Source: Candidatus Latescibacterota bacterium (GTDB taxonomy: Bacteria > Latescibacterota > UBA2968). Taken from it: a DNA stretch of 64,000 bases. The notes below the pieces were generated by a model, which ran no database searches, was not told the origin of the DNA, and worked only from the letters and a program-made list of their open reading frames with translations. Within the stretch, counting starts at the first letter, position 1; every line of letters starts with the position of its first letter. Positions 18,731-29,433 of the stretch are shown here, in pieces. The translations under genes were made by a program, and so were the position numbers. The stretch lies in contig OZ242311.1 in the NCBI GenBank assembly GCA_965207885.1, forward strand, positions 992,001-1,056,000. Reading direction: 5' to 3'.

Positions 18731-21637
18731 ATGAATACACTTAAAAACAAAAGTATTACCCCGCATTGGATGATGCGTCTTTTGGGCACGCGGAAGGCGA
18801 CTATTTTAATTTCATCTGATGGGTTGATTTTGGAGAGGGCCGGGGGCAAACGCTTTGCGGTATGTACTGAAAAATTGACGCGAGAAGATGTATTACACCG
18901 GGGAAGGCTGTTTTTTGAGCTGGTGTTGCCGACGGATCGCGGCGTGCAGCAGCTGAAGGGTTTGCGCAAGGCAGAGGTGGAGGGATTTTTCGACTGGTTG
19001 GAGGATTATTGGTATTGGTTGGAGGAGAATCAAAAGTTCGCGTCAGAGGTGCGGCGGTGTGCCGCGGAGATTGATAGATTGCTGAATACGGGTTATTTGC
19101 GTAGTTCCCGCTGGTTGAAGATAAAAGCGATGGCACGGGAAATGCTCGATCAGTTTCGCATGGTGCCGGCGGTGGGCTATCTGGATCGCAATCGCCATGC
19201 TGATTTCACGCTGGTGCAGGAGGTGGCACACTGGGGTGATCAAGAGGTGGAAGATTTTCGCGCGCAATATGTCAGTCGCCTCAAAGAATCGTTTTCGACC
19301 TTTTTTGATGGGGTGGAGAGCAATCCGCTGAGCGAGAGCCAGCGCGATGCCTGTGTGATAGATGAGGATAATAATCTGGTGCTGGCTGGTGCGGGTACTG
19401 GCAAGACGAGTGCGATGGTGGGACGCGCGGGTTTTTTGGTTGAGAGCGGGCAGGCACAGCCCGATGAGGTTCTCATGCTGGCTTTTGCGAATAAGGCGGC
19501 ACGAGAGATGCAGGAGCGGCTGGATGAGCGCGTGGACAAAAAAGGCGTTGTTGCGAGTACGTTTCACAAACTGGGTAAGGATATTATTGCTTGGGTTGAA
19601 AAGGCGCAGCCTTCGATTTCACCTCTGGCAACAGATGGCGCGTTGCTGGAGAAGCATGTGGATCAGTGGTTTGAGAAGTTGCTTGAGATCTCGACCTATA
19701 GACAATGGGTTCTGGATTATCTGGGTTATTACAGGTATCAAGAGGTCAATCCTTTTGATTTTAAAACCCAGGGGGAGTACTTTGAATATATTTTTGCCAA
19801 TGAGATTCGCACGTTGAAGGGGGAGATGGTAAAGGGTTTGGGTGAGTGCTGGATCGCCAATCATCTGTTTATGCTGGGTGTGGCGTATGAATACGAGGCG
19901 GATTATGAGCATGAGACGAGGGGACAGGATTATCGGCAATACCAACCCGATTTTTATCTTCCGTATTGCGGTATTTATCTGGAGCACTGGGGTATAGACC
20001 GCGATGGCAATACCGCACCTTTTGTGGGGAAGAAGAAGTATCACGCGGGGATGGATTGGAAACGCAGAGTTCACGAGAAGTACGGGACGCGCTTGATTGA
20101 GACGTTTCACTACGAATATACCGACGGTCGCTTGCTGACGGGTTTGCAGGAGAAATTAATACAGGCTGGGGTGCAATTTAATCCGCGTTCGCCGGATGAG
20201 ATGCTGGATACGCTGAGGGAGTTTGGTGCGATTCGCGATTTGACGCCGTTGCTCGCGGATTTGTTGAGGCGGTATAAGAGCCATTTGCCTCGTCCAGATC
20301 AACCGTGGAAGGAGATTGTCCAGGGCGATGACCTGAGTTTGGTTCAGCAACAGGCTTTGAAAATTGTGGTGCCGATTTATGAGAAGTATGAAGCGTTTTT
20401 GAAAGAGAACCGGCATATCGATTTTGACGATATGATTGGCAGGGCAATCGCGTATGTGAAATGTGGTCGTTTTGTTTCGCCCTGGCGATATATTCTGGTG
20501 GATGAGTTTCAGGATATATCCGAGCCGCGTGCGCGGTTGGTTAAGACTTTGAGAGAATCTGTTGATGTGTGTTCTCTGTTTTGCGTGGGCGATGATTGGC
20601 AGGCGATTTATCGCTTTACGGGTAGCGATATTCGGTTTACTACGGATTTTGAAGAGAGATTTGGGGCGACTAAAATTACGGTTCTGGATAAGACTTTTCG
20701 GTTCAATAATAGTATTTGCGATGTTGCATCCCTGTTTGTGACTGAGAATCCGGCGCAGGTTAAAAAGTCGTTGATTACACATGCGATGGTCAATCATTCC
20801 GCGGTTTCACTGTTGCGCGAGAAGAAGCATCGCGGTTCAGAGGTGGATCTTGACGATCGGCTGAATCGTGTGCTGGCGCATGTCGCCGCGCGGGCGGAAG
20901 AGGGGAGTTCGGTTTATTTGTTGGGCAGGTTTCGTTTTAACTTGCCCAATGACACGCAGATGATGATGTTGAGGAAGCGGTTTCCCTCTTTGTCTATTGC
21001 GTGTAATACCGTTCACGGTGCGAAGGGTTTGGAGGCGGATTATGTGGTGGTGCTGGGGCTTGAACGCGGTCAGTACGGTTTTCCTTCGCAGAAGACGTCT
21101 CATTCTTTGCTCGAGGCGCTGTTGCCCGCGTTAGATCCCTTTCCATATTCGGAGGAGCGCCGTTTGTTTTATGTCGCGCTGACGCGCGCCAAACAGCGCG
21201 TGTATTTGATTGGGGATATGACAAATGCGTCTGAGTTTTTGGTCGAGTTGTTGAAGAATAAATATCCGCTGGCGCTGGACGATTTTGAGACCAGTTTGGA
21301 ACAAGCGTCTTTTGAGCGTATTCGCTGTGTGAAGTGCAAGACGGGTACGCTTGTTGCCGTGCAGGGAAAGTCGTTTTACGGTTGTAGTAATTATCCGTTG
21401 TGCAATCATACTGAGAGCGGATGTCAAGCGTGTGGCAATCCGATGCAGCGCGTTGGGCGATTTAAAATATGTCTGGATCCCGATTGTGATTCATGGTTGC
21501 CTGTTTGTCCGAAGTGTGGTGCGGATATGGTTCAGCGCAAGGGGCGCTATGGGGCTTTCTGGGGGTGTAGGAATTTTCGCGGGGATGATGATATTTCTTG
21601 CCGGCATACGGAGAATAATATTTCTTTTTCTTCGTGA
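18731..21637 (+). CDS. UvrD-family DNA helicase IV-like protein with nuclease-like insert and C-terminal topoisomerase-type Zn ribbons
   Basis: 'LAGAGTGKT', 'VDEFQD', 'VGDDWQAIYRF', 'HGAKGLEAD', 'EERRLFYVALTRA'; 'FYGCSNYP', 'CPKCG', 'FWGC'. Confidence 0.88.
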   Translation: MNTLKNKSITPHWMMRLLGTRKATILISSDGLILERAGGKRFAVCTEKLTREDVLHRGRLFFELVLPTDRGVQQLKGLRKAEVEGFFDWLEDYWYWLEENQKFASEVRRCAAEIDRLLNTGYLRSSRWLKIKAMAREMLDQFRMVPAVGYLDRNRHADFTLVQEVAHWGDQEVEDFRAQYVSRLKESFSTFFDGVESNPLSESQRDACVIDEDNNLVLAGAGTGKTSAMVGRAGFLVESGQAQPDEVLMLAFANKAAREMQERLDERVDKKGVVASTFHKLGKDIIAWVEKAQPSISPLATDGALLEKHVDQWFEKLLEISTYRQWVLDYLGYYRYQEVNPFDFKTQGEYFEYIFANEIRTLKGEMVKGLGECWIANHLFMLGVAYEYEADYEHETRGQDYRQYQPDFYLPYCGIYLEHWGIDRDGNTAPFVGKKKYHAGMDWKRRVHEKYGTRLIETFHYEYTDGRLLTGLQEKLIQAGVQFNPRSPDEMLDTLREFGAIRDLTPLLADLLRRYKSHLPRPDQPWKEIVQGDDLSLVQQQALKIVVPIYEKYEAFLKENRHIDFDDMIGRAIAYVKCGRFVSPWRYILVDEFQDISEPRARLVKTLRESVDVCSLFCVGDDWQAIYRFTGSDIRFTTDFEERFGATKITVLDKTFRFNNSICDVASLFVTENPAQVKKSLITHAMVNHSAVSLLREKKHRGSEVDLDDRLNRVLAHVAARAEEGSSVYLLGRFRFNLPNDTQMMMLRKRFPSLSIACNTVHGAKGLEADYVVVLGLERGQYGFPSQKTSHSLLEALLPALDPFPYSEERRLFYVALTRAKQRVYLIGDMTNASEFLVELLKNKYPLALDDFETSLEQASFERIRCVKCKTGTLVAVQGKSFYGCSNYPLCNHTESGCQACGNPMQRVGRFKICLDPDCDSWLPVCPKCGADMVQRKGRYGAFWGCRNFRGDDDISCRHTENNISFSS

Positions 21638-21651
21638 AAGGAGTGGGCGTG

Positions 21652-22422
21652 ATGGTTTTGCCCAGTATGCGATTGGATGATAAGGTTGTGCTGGTGACGG
21701 GCGCGGGTTCGGGTATTGGGCGGGCGATTGCGCTGGCGGTGGCTGAGGTGGGTGCCGATGTGGCGGTGTGTGAGGTGCCACAGAAGGTTGATGCGCTGGA
21801 TGAGGTGTGCAAAGCGGTTGGAGATTTGGAGCAACGGGCATTGCCATTGGCGTTGCAATTGCCGGATCAGGAAAGTATTGATGCGGCGGTGAGCCGGGTT
21901 ATCGATACGTATGGCAGGGTTGATATTCTGGTGAATAATGCGGGTGTGAATATTCCCAGGGACGCGCTCGAGGTGACAGAGGCAGATTGGGATGGGGTGC
22001 TGGATGTGAATTTGAAGGGGTTGTTTTTTATGTCGCAGCGCGTGGCGCGGTCGATGATTGAGACGGGTGGTGGCAAAATTGTCAATATTGCGTCGCAAAA
22101 TGGGGTGGTGGGTTATTACAAGCGCGCGGCTTATTGTTCGAGCAAGGCCGGTGTGATAAATCTGACGCGGGTGTTGGCTGTGGAGTGGGCATCCCATCAG
22201 ATTACGGTGAATGCCGTGGGTCCGACGTTTATTTTGACGCCGTTGACACAATCGACGTTTGACAATGAGGCGTTGCGCGAGGATTTGCTTTCTCGCATTC
22301 CTCTTGGGCGCGTGGGAAAGCCCGAAGATGTGGTGGGTGCGGTGGTGTTTTTGGCCAGTCCGGCTGCGGATCTTATTACGGGGCATACGCTGCTGGTGGA
22401 TGGCGGCTGGACAGCGCTGTGA
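21652..22422 (+). CDS. Short-chain dehydrogenase/reductase (gluconate/2-deoxygluconate dehydrogenase-like)
   Basis: 'TGAGSGIG', 'NNAG', 'YCSSK', 'VDGG'. Confidence 0.88.
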   Translation: MVLPSMRLDDKVVLVTGAGSGIGRAIALAVAEVGADVAVCEVPQKVDALDEVCKAVGDLEQRALPLALQLPDQESIDAAVSRVIDTYGRVDILVNNAGVNIPRDALEVTEADWDGVLDVNLKGLFFMSQRVARSMIETGGGKIVNIASQNGVVGYYKRAAYCSSKAGVINLTRVLAVEWASHQITVNAVGPTFILTPLTQSTFDNEALREDLLSRIPLGRVGKPEDVVGAVVFLASPAADLITGHTLLVDGGWTAL

Positions 22423-22464
22423 AGTGAGAAATGAGAAGGATGAAGTGTGAAGTTAAAGGCACCT

Positions 22465-22497
22465 GTCATCGCGGCATGGTGTTGAGCCGCGATCCAG
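22465..22497 (+). repeat. REP-like palindrome copy, loop variant ATGGTGTTGA
   Basis: GTCATCGCGGCATGGTGTTGAGCCGCGATCCAG, identical at 24324. Confidence 0.9.
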
Positions 22498-22531
22498 AAG
22501 GTTTTTAGTTGATGGTTAAAGGCGAATTGCT

Positions 22532-23539
22532 ATGAAGAGTTCTAAAAATACAGGCCGGGGACCGCTGTTTACAGATCCCGATCCAGATGTTGCACGGGCG
22601 TTTTTTCGAGAGAAGAAGGGCGCGTTGACAGATAAGCTGATGTCTGTGTCTGATGCTGTTGCCGAGTTTGTGCACGATGGCGATTATTTGGCTTCTGGCG
22701 GGTTTGGTGGGAACAGGATTGCGACGGCTCTTTTGCACGAGGTTGTGCGGCAAGAGAGAACAAATCTGGGGTTTGCCGGTCATACGGCGACGCACGATTT
22801 TCAGATTTTGGCAGCGGGTACGCGCACGGGGAAGCAGATTTTTTCGCGGTTGGATGCGGCATATATTTTGGGGTTGGAAGCGCGCGGTTTGTCGGCACAG
22901 GCGCGGCGGTTGATGGAGAGCGGAGAGGTTGAGGTGTGTGAGTGGACAAATTACGCGCTGGCATGTCGGTTTCGGGCGGCGGCGACGGGTGTGCCTTTTG
23001 TGCCGATTCGCAGTATGTTGGGGACCGATACGTTTCGGGAGAGTGCAGCAAAAGAAATCGAGTGTCCTTTTACGGGTAAATCGCTGACGGCTGTGCCCGC
23101 TCTGTATCCCGATGTGGCGCTTATCCATGTGCACGAGAGTGATTTGTTCGGGAATTGCCGCATTCGGGGTATTACGGTGGCTGATTGGGATTTGTCGCGT
23201 GCATCCAAACATGTGATTGTGAGTGCGGAGCGCATTGTGAGTACAGATGAGATTCGCAGCGATCCAAATGCGACCGCGATTCCTGCTTTTTGTGTTGATG
23301 CGGTGTGTCATGTGCCTTATGGATCGTTTCCCGGCAATATGGCTGGGGAGTATTTCTCGGATGAAGAGCATCTCAGAGCGTGGTTGGACGCTGAGCGAGA
23401 TGTGGAGGCATATCGCGCGTTTCTGGATAAGTATTTGTATGGTGTTGATTGTTTTGAGGCTTATCTGGAGATTTGCGGTGGGGAAGAGCGGCTGGCGGAG
23501 TTGCGGCGGTTGGAAGGTAAGGGTACAGGTTATGTCTGA
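22532..23539 (+). CDS. CoA-transferase subunit A (glutaconate/3-oxoacid CoA-transferase-like)
   Basis: 'DKLMSVSDAVAEFVHDGDYLASGGF', 'PALYPDVALIHVH', 'VDAVCHVPYG'. Confidence 0.85.
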   Translation: MKSSKNTGRGPLFTDPDPDVARAFFREKKGALTDKLMSVSDAVAEFVHDGDYLASGGFGGNRIATALLHEVVRQERTNLGFAGHTATHDFQILAAGTRTGKQIFSRLDAAYILGLEARGLSAQARRLMESGEVEVCEWTNYALACRFRAAATGVPFVPIRSMLGTDTFRESAAKEIECPFTGKSLTAVPALYPDVALIHVHESDLFGNCRIRGITVADWDLSRASKHVIVSAERIVSTDEIRSDPNATAIPAFCVDAVCHVPYGSFPGNMAGEYFSDEEHLRAWLDAERDVEAYRAFLDKYLYGVDCFEAYLEICGGEERLAELRRLEGKGTGYV

Positions 23540-24299
23540 TTATAATGAAGTTGAAATGGCGATTTGTGTGGCGTCCCGGTTGCTGGAGGATGGGGCGACT
23601 GTTGGGGTGGGTACAGGGGCGCCGTGTGCTGCGGCGATGCTGGCGCAAAAGACGCATGCGCCGGGGCTTTTGGTGGCTTTTGAGGCGGGTGGTTTGGCGC
23701 CGATGTTGCCCGCGATGCCCATTTCTGTGGGCGATTCGCGCACGACACATCGGGCTCTTATGGCGACGAGTATGTGTGATATTATGGAGACGTGTCAGCG
23801 GGGTGTGATGGATTACGCGTTTTTGGGTGGTGCCCAGATCGATGCGTATGGAAATTTAAATTCTACGGTTATTGGCGATTACAAAAAGCCGCGCGTGCGT
23901 TTTCCGGGTAGCGGAGGTGCCAATGATTTTGCGAGTTTTTGCTGGCGCACGCTGATTATTACACAGCACGATCGCCGTCGTTTTGTGGAAGAGATCGATT
24001 TTTTGACGACGCCGGGTTTTCTGACCGGGTCGGGCGCGCGCGAGGCTGCGGGGTTGCCCATAGGTGGGGGACCCTATCGCGTGATTACGGATCTGGGTGT
24101 GATGAGTTTTGATGAAGATACATGTCGGATGCAGGTCGAGAGTTTGCACCCCGGCGTGACGTTTGATGAGGTGAAGATAAATACCGGGTTTGAATTGGGT
24201 CGGGTAGATTCTCTTGAAGAGACTGTGCCGCCCACGGAAGCGGAGTTGTGCATTTTACGCGATGAGGTCGATCCCGATGGGTTAATTATTGGGAGATGA
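23532..24299 (+). CDS. CoA-transferase subunit B
   Basis: 'VGTGAP', 'FEAG' (candidate catalytic Glu), 'GGAQIDAYGNLN', 'PGSGGANDF'; overlaps subunit A stop. Confidence 0.85.
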   Translation: MSDYNEVEMAICVASRLLEDGATVGVGTGAPCAAAMLAQKTHAPGLLVAFEAGGLAPMLPAMPISVGDSRTTHRALMATSMCDIMETCQRGVMDYAFLGGAQIDAYGNLNSTVIGDYKKPRVRFPGSGGANDFASFCWRTLIITQHDRRRFVEEIDFLTTPGFLTGSGAREAAGLPIGGGPYRVITDLGVMSFDEDTCRMQVESLHPGVTFDEVKINTGFELGRVDSLEETVPPTEAELCILRDEVDPDGLIIGR

Positions 24300-24323
24300 T
24301 GCCAACAATTTCAAAACAAAGCC

Positions 24324-24356
24324 GTCATCGCGGCATGGTGTTGAGCCGCGATCCAG
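24324..24356 (+). repeat. REP-like palindrome copy between convergent genes
   Basis: GTCATCGCGGCATGGTGTTGAGCCGCGATCCAG. Confidence 0.9.
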
Positions 24357-24370
24357 TGCGCTTGAATAAC

Positions 24371-26653
24371 TTATACCCCGAGCGCAATATTGTAGCTTTT
24401 TCCTTTTTCAGTTTGGAACGCTATTTCCCCCTGTCCTTCTGCGATGACCGTCCGGTCGTCATTGACAGCGCGCATAGATCCATTGTATAGCAGGCGGATG
24501 GGATTGCCCAATAGGGAAGTTATGTGCGCGGTTTTCCCCCCGTTTTTCCATTGTAAATCTACAATAAATCCACCCCTTGCCCGCAGGCCTTCTGCGTTGC
24601 CTTCTGTCCATGCGTCTGGCAGTGCGGGAAATAGTTCGACGGCGTTGTGATGGCTTTGTAATATCATTTCCACAATACCCGCGGCACCGCCCATGTTGCC
24701 GTCCATCTGAAACGGGGGATGGTTGTCGAATAGGTTGGGCAGTGTCGAGCGTATGAGCAGTTGTCGCACATCTTCCCAGGCGCGATCCGCGTCTTTCAGG
24801 CGCGCCCACACGTTGATGAGCCAGGCTCTGCTCCAGCCCGTGTGTCCGCCGCCATGCGCGAGGCGGTGTTCAATGCTTTTGCGCGTGGCAGCCAAGAAGT
24901 CGGGTTGATCGACGAGTTGGAAGCCGGGATATACGCCGTAGATGTGTGAAATATGCCGGTGCCCCGGTTCTGGTTCTTCAAATTCTTCCGTCCATTCCAT
25001 CAGGCGTCCATCGGAACCGATTTGTGGTTCCGCGAGACGGGATAATGCGTTTTTTATGTCGTCGATAATGGGGTCGTCGAGAGATAGGATCTCGGCACAG
25101 CGCAGACAATTTGTGAATGTTTCCCAGATGATCTGCTGGTCCATGCTCGGTCCCATGACGAGGTTGCATACGTCCTGCGTGCCCGGCGCGAGGAAGCGAT
25201 TTTCCGGTGAAGAGGAGGGACCGGATACGAGTTTGCCGGTTTTTGGATCTTCTGCCAACCAGTCGAGGAAGAACAGGGCGGCATCCCGCACAACCGGCCA
25301 GGCCTGGTCTCGCAGAAATGTTTCTGAGCCGTTAAAATCCCAGTGTTCCATAAAGTGCCTGCTGTTCCATCCGCAGCCCATGGGCCACATGCCGTATTGG
25401 ACCTTTCCCAATGGGTCGGTGAATCGCCACGCATCTGTTGTGTGATGCGCTGCGGTTCCGCGACAGCCATAGACTTCTTTTGCTGTTTGGCGGGCTGTTG
25501 TGCGCAGGGCGTTTGAAAACTCCAAATACGGTTCATGGCATTCGGGCAGGCCGACGAGTTCACAGAGCCAGTAGATCATCTGGATATTGATGTTGATGTG
25601 GTAGTCGCTGTTCCACGGGGCTTCGTATTCCTGGTTCCAGATGCCCTGTAGGTTGGCGCATAAACTGCCCGGGCGCGAGCAACAGATTGTCAGGTAACGT
25701 CCGAAGTTGAAGTAGAGTGCGACGAGCGCGCGGTCTGATGTGTGTTCGAATTCGGCGAGGCGGCGGTCTGTGGGTATGTTGTCATTTTTGTCTTCTCCGA
25801 GGGAGAAGGCGCATCGGTTAAAGTAATTGTTGTGATCCCGAACGTGTTCGCGTTTTATGCGGGGATATGGACGCGCACTATCGATTGTGGATATCGCGGA
25901 GGCTTTCAGGTCGTGTGTCAGGGATGTGTAGGGGTCGTCAAAGTTGTAGTCTGTGTCGGCGCAGACGACTATGGTGACTGCGTCTGCTTTTTCGACGATG
26001 AGGGCGTCGTTGGCACACTGGACGCGCCCGTTTTCGGCAATTGCTTTGATGCCTGCAGAGAATTTTACGCCGGGATGGGTTTCTCCGTGTCCCGCACGGC
26101 CGGTTATGAGGAGTGTGTTTTCAGATATGCCCGACCACTGCGCGTTTTCTTCCCGATGAAAAGATATCCGACACGATATTGCGCCTGTTTTGTCCGATGC
26201 GATGCGACAGATTATTGCCCGGTCGATTGCTGTGGCAAATACTTCCCGATGATATGCGATCCCATTTGCAACCCATCGCGTTGTGGCGATTGCAGAGTTT
26301 AGTGAGAGTTCGCGGCGGTAATCGGTGTGTTGTTCGCCGCCGCTTTGCTCGATGAGCAAGTCACCCAATGTCTGATAGCTGCGCGGTGCAATGCGTTCTC
26401 CCATGACGCCTTCTTGCACGAGGTCCTGCGCTTCGGTGTATTGGCCTTCAAAGAGCAGTTGACGCGCGCGTGCGACGACCTGTTGCGCGCCCGGTGGTGA
26501 TTTGGGTACGGGAGGTCCCGCCCAGATCGAGTCTTCGTTCATTTGTATGCGTTCATTACTCACCCCGCCAAATACCATGGCGCCGAGTTTTCCAGCCCCC
26601 ACGGGCAAGGCGTGATTCCAATTTTCCGCTGGTTCGTCATACCAGAGTTTCAT
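24371..26653 (-). CDS. Glycoside hydrolase family 95 (alpha-L-fucosidase-like)
   Basis: '[12 protein letters not shown]', 'NLQGIWN', 'DYHININ', 'SSPEN', 'HRHISH', 'TGWSRAW', 'PPFQMDGN'; SD GGAGG. Confidence 0.92.
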   Translation of the reverse strand: MKLWYDEPAENWNHALPVGAGKLGAMVFGGVSNERIQMNEDSIWAGPPVPKSPPGAQQVVARARQLLFEGQYTEAQDLVQEGVMGERIAPRSYQTLGDLLIEQSGGEQHTDYRRELSLNSAIATTRWVANGIAYHREVFATAIDRAIICRIASDKTGAISCRISFHREENAQWSGISENTLLITGRAGHGETHPGVKFSAGIKAIAENGRVQCANDALIVEKADAVTIVVCADTDYNFDDPYTSLTHDLKASAISTIDSARPYPRIKREHVRDHNNYFNRCAFSLGEDKNDNIPTDRRLAEFEHTSDRALVALYFNFGRYLTICCSRPGSLCANLQGIWNQEYEAPWNSDYHININIQMIYWLCELVGLPECHEPYLEFSNALRTTARQTAKEVYGCRGTAAHHTTDAWRFTDPLGKVQYGMWPMGCGWNSRHFMEHWDFNGSETFLRDQAWPVVRDAALFFLDWLAEDPKTGKLVSGPSSSPENRFLAPGTQDVCNLVMGPSMDQQIIWETFTNCLRCAEILSLDDPIIDDIKNALSRLAEPQIGSDGRLMEWTEEFEEPEPGHRHISHIYGVYPGFQLVDQPDFLAATRKSIEHRLAHGGGHTGWSRAWLINVWARLKDADRAWEDVRQLLIRSTLPNLFDNHPPFQMDGNMGGAAGIVEMILQSHHNAVELFPALPDAWTEGNAEGLRARGGFIVDLQWKNGGKTAHITSLLGNPIRLLYNGSMRAVNDDRTVIAEGQGEIAFQTEKGKSYNIALGV

Positions 26654-26841
26654 TATATTCCTCCGCTGTTTTAGTTCCATAAATTCTCTGGTAAAATAGC
26701 AGGTGAATTCGGTTCTCGCAACTGTCTATTACATCGTATCAAAAAAGGCTGTTTATATTTGTGACTCAGGGTTCGTTGACACCCTTTTGGCTTTCGGATA
26801 TATTGATTAAAAGATCACTATAATTTTTTAGGAGACATGCT

Positions 26842-27117
26842 ATGGCCAAAACAGAAAAGAATCCAATCTGGCAAGATCGCATCGTCACTGACCCGTTGAT
26901 TCTGGCAGGAAAACCAACAATAAAAGGTACTCGGATTTCAGTGGAACTGATCATGGAATTGCTGGACGGAGGGCGTAGCGAAGCCGATATCATTCGCAGA
27001 TATTCGCATATTACCCTGAAAGATATCCAGGCCTGTCGGGAGTACGCCGCCACTGGTGCAAAGTTGTCCAATGTGACCTGGGAGGATATTGACGCGATTA
27101 TGGATGGCAAACGGTGA
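26842..27117 (+). CDS. DUF433 domain protein
   Basis: 'RIVTDPLILAGKPTIKGTRISVELI'. Confidence 0.88.
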   Translation: MAKTEKNPIWQDRIVTDPLILAGKPTIKGTRISVELIMELLDGGRSEADIIRRYSHITLKDIQACREYAATGAKLSNVTWEDIDAIMDGKR

Positions 27118-28145
27118 TGGACAGAATGAATCGTCCACAGGTGCAAATCGAGTCTGAGAATAAGATCTCCACGCTTCGACATCATTTGGAAAAGATGTTG
27201 CCGGAGTTTGAAGCGTTGCCGGGTGTCATAGGCTTAACTTTGAATGGCGGGCTGTCACGGGGTTATGCAGATCATCTTTCAGAGATCGATGTAACCATCT
27301 ATTTGACTTCAGAAGCTTTTGTGGACTGGCAATCGAGTAAGCCTCCGATTGCTGTTGGGATTACCAAATTGGCGGGGCAACTCTATGATATCAAGTATGT
27401 AGATTTTAGGGCTGAAAGCGCGCGCGATTGGGATGATACGGAACTGTGGGATGCATCGTATGCGGAGATTCTGTTTGACCCTGAGGATCTTCTCCATTCA
27501 GTTTTTTCTGAGAAATTGGCTGAGCGACCTGAACCCGGTAAGGCGGGAAATTTGCTGATGAGTTGCTGGTGGTATTTCCGGCTTGCGGGCGATAGTTGGA
27601 TTCATCGGGGGGATGTTCTACAGGGTCATCATATATTCAATCAGGCTGTGACTGCGTTGGTTCAAGCACTTTTTGTAGCCAACCGGGAGTATATTCCACA
27701 TGAGAAGTGGTTGCTGCATTTGAGCCGCAGTCTTGGGTGGACGCCAGAGAATTGGGCGGAGCGCTTACAGGCTGCGATGAGTACGGGAGATTTGACTGTG
27801 GAGAGTTTGAAGTCCCGGCAAATTACAATCGCGAGTCTGTGGCGGGAAATAGATAGGTATATTATTGAAAAGTATTATCCATATCTGCCTGTTCACATGA
27901 TGCAAAAGACGAGTTACGAGAGGTTAAAATTACTGGCGAAAGAAGGGTCCATATCGAAAGGCGAATGGCAAATGAGAACGGGTTCGGGCGTTCCCGGTGG
28001 AGATCCATTTTATCCAATTTTTAAATTTGAGGACGATGAGCTGATTTTTGATCTGCAGGCATTGCTCGCAATTGATGAAGACGATATGTATAATTGGCAC
28101 TATGAAGTTCTGTTGGCTGTGAAAGAGGATCTTCAGGAGGAGTAG
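27114..28145 (+). CDS. Nucleotidyltransferase-fold protein (DUF4037-like)
   Basis: 'LNGGLSRGYADHLSEIDV' (pol-beta-type motif), 'NREYIPHEKW'. Confidence 0.65.
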   Translation: MMDRMNRPQVQIESENKISTLRHHLEKMLPEFEALPGVIGLTLNGGLSRGYADHLSEIDVTIYLTSEAFVDWQSSKPPIAVGITKLAGQLYDIKYVDFRAESARDWDDTELWDASYAEILFDPEDLLHSVFSEKLAERPEPGKAGNLLMSCWWYFRLAGDSWIHRGDVLQGHHIFNQAVTALVQALFVANREYIPHEKWLLHLSRSLGWTPENWAERLQAAMSTGDLTVESLKSRQITIASLWREIDRYIIEKYYPYLPVHMMQKTSYERLKLLAKEGSISKGEWQMRTGSGVPGGDPFYPIFKFEDDELIFDLQALLAIDEDDMYNWHYEVLLAVKEDLQEE

Positions 28146-28207
28146 TACGGGGAAGGGGAGAGTATGTCTCCCCTTCCCTGTACGGGGAGAGGCCGGGGGA
28201 GGGTTAG

Positions 28208-29359
28208 CTATAGTGAATTTACAGATTTGTAAACGTCGAGTATTGGTACCTGTTTTTCGCGTGCAATACGGGCGCAGTCGTCGTATTCGGGGGTGATGCG
28301 TTGTTTGCCGCCGATGTCGGCGATTTTGACGCGGATGGGACCGTACGGGGTTTGGACGGTGTCTGTGCGGCGTTCGAGGATGTGGCGTTGAACGGGCAGG
28401 CGGCGGATGCCGAGGGTGGTGGTTTCTGAAAAGATGAGTTCGGTGAGTTCGGTTTCTTTGTTGGGGTCGGCCAGGACAGTGAGTTGAATGCCTGGGCGGC
28501 CTTTTTTCATGATGACGGGGGTGAGGAAGGCGTCGCGCGCACCGGCTTCGAGCAGGCGGTCGATGAGGTAGCCGTAAATTTCAGGAGTCATGTCGTCGAT
28601 ATTTGTTTCGAGCAGGACGGGTAAATCTGTCCGGGGATCTGCGACGAGTTCACCGATTTCGACGCGGAGGAGGTTGGGTACCTGTTCGACATCGCGCGTG
28701 CCAGCACCATAACCCGTGCTTTCTGTGCGTAGCTGAATTGTTTCGCCAATATTAGCGGCGAGTGCCGTGAGGAGAGCCGCACCGGTGGGGGTGACGAGTT
28801 CATACGGGATGTCTGTGCGTTCGGATGGAAAGCCTTTTGTCATTTCTACGACCGCGGGAACCGGGACGGGCATCGCCCCGTGTGCGCCCCGCGTGTGACC
28901 CGAGCCAAATCGGAATTTGGAGGCGTAGATCGCTTCGATTTCGAGGAGTTCGAGGCCGACGATAGCGCCGACGACATCGACGATGGCATCTACTGCGCCT
29001 ACTTCGTGGAAGTGGACCGCTTCAATGGTGGTGCCGTGGATTTTTGCTTCGGCTTCGGCGAGTTTTTGAAAGACGCGCGCGGCTTTTTCTTTTGCAGAGG
29101 CCGATATCTCGCTGTTGTTGATGATTTCAAGAACGTCTTTCAGGTGCCGGTGGACGTGGCCTTCCCGAGCGTTGACGTCTATTTTTGTGCCGGCAATGCC
29201 GTGTTTTTCCACGCGACGCTGGGAGAGGGTGAATTCGCGCACACTGAGTTTGTCGAGTTCAGATTTCAGGACGGAAAAAGACAAGCCCGCATCGACGAGC
29301 GCGCCGAGGGTCATGTCGCCGCTGATGCCGGCAAAGCAGTCGAAATAGGCGACTTTCAT
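28208..29359 (-). CDS. larC: Nickel-pincer cofactor biosynthesis protein LarC
   Basis: 'YFDCFAGISGDM', 'VHFHEVGAVDAIVD', 'ELVTPTGAA', 'ETNIDD', 'MKKGRPG', 'PEYDD'. Confidence 0.93.
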   Translation of the reverse strand: MKVAYFDCFAGISGDMTLGALVDAGLSFSVLKSELDKLSVREFTLSQRRVEKHGIAGTKIDVNAREGHVHRHLKDVLEIINNSEISASAKEKAARVFQKLAEAEAKIHGTTIEAVHFHEVGAVDAIVDVVGAIVGLELLEIEAIYASKFRFGSGHTRGAHGAMPVPVPAVVEMTKGFPSERTDIPYELVTPTGAALLTALAANIGETIQLRTESTGYGAGTRDVEQVPNLLRVEIGELVADPRTDLPVLLETNIDDMTPEIYGYLIDRLLEAGARDAFLTPVIMKKGRPGIQLTVLADPNKETELTELIFSETTTLGIRRLPVQRHILERRTDTVQTPYGPIRVKIADIGGKQRITPEYDDCARIAREKQVPILDVYKSVNSL

Positions 29360-29370
29360 GAGATAATCCT

Positions 29371-29399
29371 AAAAAAAAGACCGTGAGTATTCACGGTTA
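29371..29399 (-). terminator. Probable intrinsic terminator of the M23 peptidase gene
   Basis: Stem ACCGTGA/TCACGGT followed on the minus strand by a U-tract. Confidence 0.55.
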
Positions 29400-29433
29400 T
29401 AGAACTTGTTTATCCGGGAGGTGAGAAAAGAAT

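Noticed and set aside
28148-28207. G-rich palindromic stretch between convergent genes
   Set aside because: Single copy; most simply a terminator-like or dispersed-repeat remnant, with no further support
28208-29359. larC without larA/larB/larE
   Set aside because: Dispersed lar genes are common and the partners may lie elsewhere in the genome
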